Below the pieces are notes generated by a model. The model made no database searches. It was given only the letters and a program-made list of their open reading frames with translations, and was not told the origin of the DNA. Of a DNA stretch of 54,250 nt, positions 50,862 through 54,250 are shown in pieces. Location: NCBI GenBank assembly GCA_022813965.1, contig JALDZS010000159.1, positions 1 to 54,250 on the forward strand, read 5' to 3'. The DNA is from Toensbergia leucococca. Its lineage: Eukaryota. The position numbers and the translations under genes were made by a program. Position 1 is the first letter of the stretch. Each line of letters begins with the position of its first letter.

Positions 50862-51934
50862 ATGATGCCCGAGTCTACACAAGATCGTGATGCACTCAAA
50901 ACCCGGAAACTTCCACATATGACCCTCTCCACCGGAGAAACTTCATCCATGACTGGTCCTCCGCCTCCAATGCCTCACTACTTATCTTCCGAGGGCCGTG
51001 CTCTTAGAAGATTCGCCATTGAGGGCAATGCCATCAGTATGTCGAGTATTTCAACGGTACTATGCCTATCTCAGTCCTTCTTCGTTAGCCTTCTAGGACG
51101 ATACTGACAAGAATATTCTGCAGTGAGTGGTGGTGCCGGCACACTCGCCCTCGTAAACGCTCGTGCCCTACTAGAGCATGGTCTTTCTGGCCTCGCCTTA
51201 TTAGATCTCGACCCATCACATGCTACTTCGGAGATTGACACCTTGCGAGAAGACTTTCCCAATTCTCAAATTCTTACAAAACAAGTCAACGTAACAAATG
51301 CTCCACAAGTGCAGGCTGCTGTTGAGGAGATCGCTCGAGAACTTGGCAGTATTGATATCTTATGTTGCTTTGCTGGTATCGTTGGTTGCGCACATGCTGT
51401 AGACATCACGCCTGAGGAGTGGAAAAGAACGTTGGATGTGAACACTACCGGGGCATTTTTCTGTGCTCAAGCAGTTGCACGGTCAGCTTTTTTCTCACTT
51501 TTGCCATCTGGCACATATTTCTTTCTCAACGATCACCGCTCTTACGCTCCTTTAGACAGATGGTCACTCAAAGTACACCTGGCACCATTGTCCTCATAGC
51601 CTCGATCTCTGCCCACCGGACCAACTATCCACAACCTCAAGCTGCCTACAATGCCTCCAAATGCGCCCTTCTATCCCTTAAATCCTCTCTTGCAGCCGAG
51701 TGGGCGCACCATGGCATCCGGGTAAACTCTATCTCTCCGGGCTATATGGATACCATCCTAAATGAGGGAGACGGGCTAGAAGAAGCGAGGAGAACGTGGA
51801 GGGAACGAAATCCCATGGGGAGAATGGGAGCCCCAGAGGAGTTGACCGGACCGATCGTGCTGTTGTGTAGTGGAGCTGGGAGTTACATCAACGGTGCGGA
51901 TCTTGTTGTCGATGGAGGCCAAATTGGATTCTAG
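50862..51934 (+). CDS. Short-chain dehydrogenase/reductase (sorbose reductase / D-arabinitol dehydrogenase-like; 3 exons)
   Basis: Rossmann motif SGGAGTLA, FAGIV, IASISAH, catalytic YNASK, RVNSISPGYMDT and SYINGADLVVDGG. Confidence 0.88.
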
Positions 51935-52617
51935 AATTCTTGGAACGTTCGGAACGTTCAAGAGCACGATGTGGCAACAGAAACTGACATGATGAATAGG
52001 TAAGTGGCTCATTCTTTTTTTAGCAATGGATAAATCCGAAGATGTTTGCCGCCAACGCTTCCAAAGCCATTGTATCATAGGATTTTTGTAACTTTCAAGG
52101 TATTGCTGTTTTCATGCATGTCTTCCCTTCCATGGATTTCCTCGCATCCCTTTGTCATGACCATCTTTAAGAAGCCAGTCAATTCTACCCAGCCAGAACT
52201 TTCAATGGAACGTCTTATAATCAACTTTTTAGCTTCCCATCCTTTGCAGCATGTTCAAGCCATTATCGTTGTCCTTCGACTCAGAATACGGTAATATATT
52301 CTGCTGAGTGTTGCCTAGTGAATTCGCCGAGCACTTCACTGCTGTACTCGCTGATTGGAGCTGAATTGGTGTTGAGTATGATATAACTGTGTTCTCCATA
52401 CAGAATACATAAAAGGCTCTCCGTTCCCTTAAACGCAGAACATGTCCATCATCTTAACATCCATTACAATCCCTCTACCTTTTAAAACAGCTTATCAAAT
52501 AAATCCATAATTTTCCAAAGCAAGTACAATTCGGACTTGATCAGCAAAGACTTAAAAACATTAAATTTTCATTTTCTCAAACCTCTCCAATCTATGCTAG
52601 TAACAAATACAGCTAGT

Positions 52618-53410
52618 ATGGATCTAACTCATCCTATTTCAGGTAAGCTAGTATTTCAAGCCTCACTGGCGACATGAGCTGACAGAAGTAGTAGAATGCG
52701 AAGACGAATTTACATTTCGGAAGCGGCCCTTGTTAAGATGGTCTTTCTTGCGCTTACCCACCGAGATACGCCTACTTGTGTACAATGAGCTTTTTGTCGA
52801 AACATCCACTGTAATACCAATGCTCTACCGTTGCTATAAAACCCAGTCAAGGCGCTCAAATGATAAAGCATCAATCCACATCTCACTACTTCGTACATGC
52901 AAGCTCATATACGAAGAGGCATTTCAAATTCTCTACGGGAAAAATGTGTTTCAAATAAATTGCAATACACACGGCCACCTTTCCATCGAGAAAACCGACC
53001 TTAACATCATAACCCTAAATCCAAAGCCCGCCTCCTCAATCCGCAGACTCCACCTCGAATATCCATGGCCCATTAACGCCAGAGCTCATAGCGAAACAAC
53101 CGGTTTCCTCCATCAAATCAAATCTCTCTACCCAAACCTCACAACCCTCACCATCCGGATCTCGGGTCCCGAAACCAAGCCCCTCGGCATGCTCATCACA
53201 ATACGATGGGACTGGCAAAACCCACCACGTTCCGAATCGGCTTGGATTGGCATCCTAACCGCGTTCGACGAAGTGCATTGGGGATTTGAGGATCTGGACT
53301 CTGTTCGATTGATGATTCATTTCGGATACCAGATCTCGACGTCAATTTGGGCGGAAGAGCGGCTGCGGAGTGGGCCGGAGTTTTGTTTGAGGGTGGAGAT
53401 GTTTGGGTAG
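52618..53410 (+). CDS. Lineage-specific protein with an N-terminal F-box-like motif (2 exons)
   Basis: SFLRLPTEIRLLVYNELF...SLLRTCKLIYEEAFQILYGKNVF. A 25-nt first exon and an intron from 52643 to ~52691 join in frame. Confidence 0.65.
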
Positions 53411-54250
53411 GACGACTGGCGGGAATGGGAGGAGTGGGGGATTGTGGGCTTTGAGACTTGTTGATTGTGCTTCTTGGGATGACTAAGGGATGGGTGTGAG
53501 ATGGGCAGGGCCTGTGAGGAGTGAGAGTGCTCTTCTTCATATGTATGTGCATTTTGATTTCGTCACGAGAAGACTATTTGCTTGATGCTCTAAAACACTG
53601 GGTTTCCTCCATTGTTAGCAGTGATCGAGATATGAAAGAGGTTTTGAATTAAAAAAAGGGGAGGGGGGGGCACTGCGTACTGACAGCATCATTGAAAGAA
53701 GGATAGGAATTATTTTTTTGCATGGACTTGAGGGATGGCTCATGACAACTGCCGGGGATTGATCCGTTGAATATAATGTAATGAGCAAACTACCTACTCT
53801 AGGTAGCTATGAGGGGCTAAGGAACATGCAGAATGAGAATGATAAAGGTGTTTTTGATTGACTTCAAGTTGAGTCTTGTAATTATTCAAAAGGTCAAACT
53901 ATGATAATAACAAAAGCAAAATTGATGCTTAAATCTCAGACTTTGACCCCCTTTTTCCTTATCCTATTACTCATACCCCCTCTCTCTCTCAACAGCATCT
54001 CATCTTCAACCCTTCTCACGTTCCATTCATCCCTACAAACCAAACCCCCTTTCAAAACTCACACATAAAAGAAAAACAAAACACAACCTTCATCATTGAA
54101 ATTCACACTTTTCAAATCTCAAACAGTTCTCTTAAACTGAGAATTTTTCATCTCTGTTTTCAGAGATGAGACCCGTCATTCATGATCCTTTTCTTAAAAC
54201 CCCTACTTCTAGAACCTCACAAAACTTTCTTCAAAAATCAGACAATAAAA

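Noticed and set aside
1..54250. CRISPR arrays, rRNA, intact transposons, prokaryotic operons or a secondary-metabolite cluster
   Set aside because: No repeat-spacer arrays, rRNA motifs, intact transposase/RT ORFs or PKS/NRPS/terpene synthase genes were seen; the DNA is intron-rich eukaryotic sequence.

Overview
This is gene-dense, intron-containing nuclear DNA of a filamentous ascomycete (Pezizomycotina; a lichen-forming Lecanoromycete is plausible but is only an impression). Introns are mostly about 50-60 nt with GT donors, CTRAC/CTRAT branch points and YAG acceptors. About 20 protein genes can be reconstructed: GIT1-like MFS permease, MTAP/MEU1, BUD22, an IdtA/AscI/CtvD-like membrane protein, two F-box-like orphans, complex I 30-kDa subunit, NOT4, ankyrin-RCC1-BTB protein, ATG13, SIS sugar isomerase, an RGT1-like Zn2Cys6 factor, TSR2, an HSL-family lipase, SUP35, YRB30, a BSD protein, IND1 and an SDR. 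The most notable signals lie outside the ORF track: (1) a [D1,2] spliceosomal twin intron (stwintron) at 38481-38590 in the lipase gene; (2) a NOT4 locus where a ~1 kb intron switches between two C-termini, plus a GC-AG intron; (3) a candidate structured ~280-nt minus-strand RNA at ~776-1060 with a Pol III B-box, oligo-T end and embedded intron-like signals; (4) a RIP-like mutated pogo-type transposase relic at ~25.4-25.9 kb; (5) an abrupt C-rich to G-rich strand-skew flip near the 3' end of most genes. All family assignments come from recognising motifs by eye, with no database searches.
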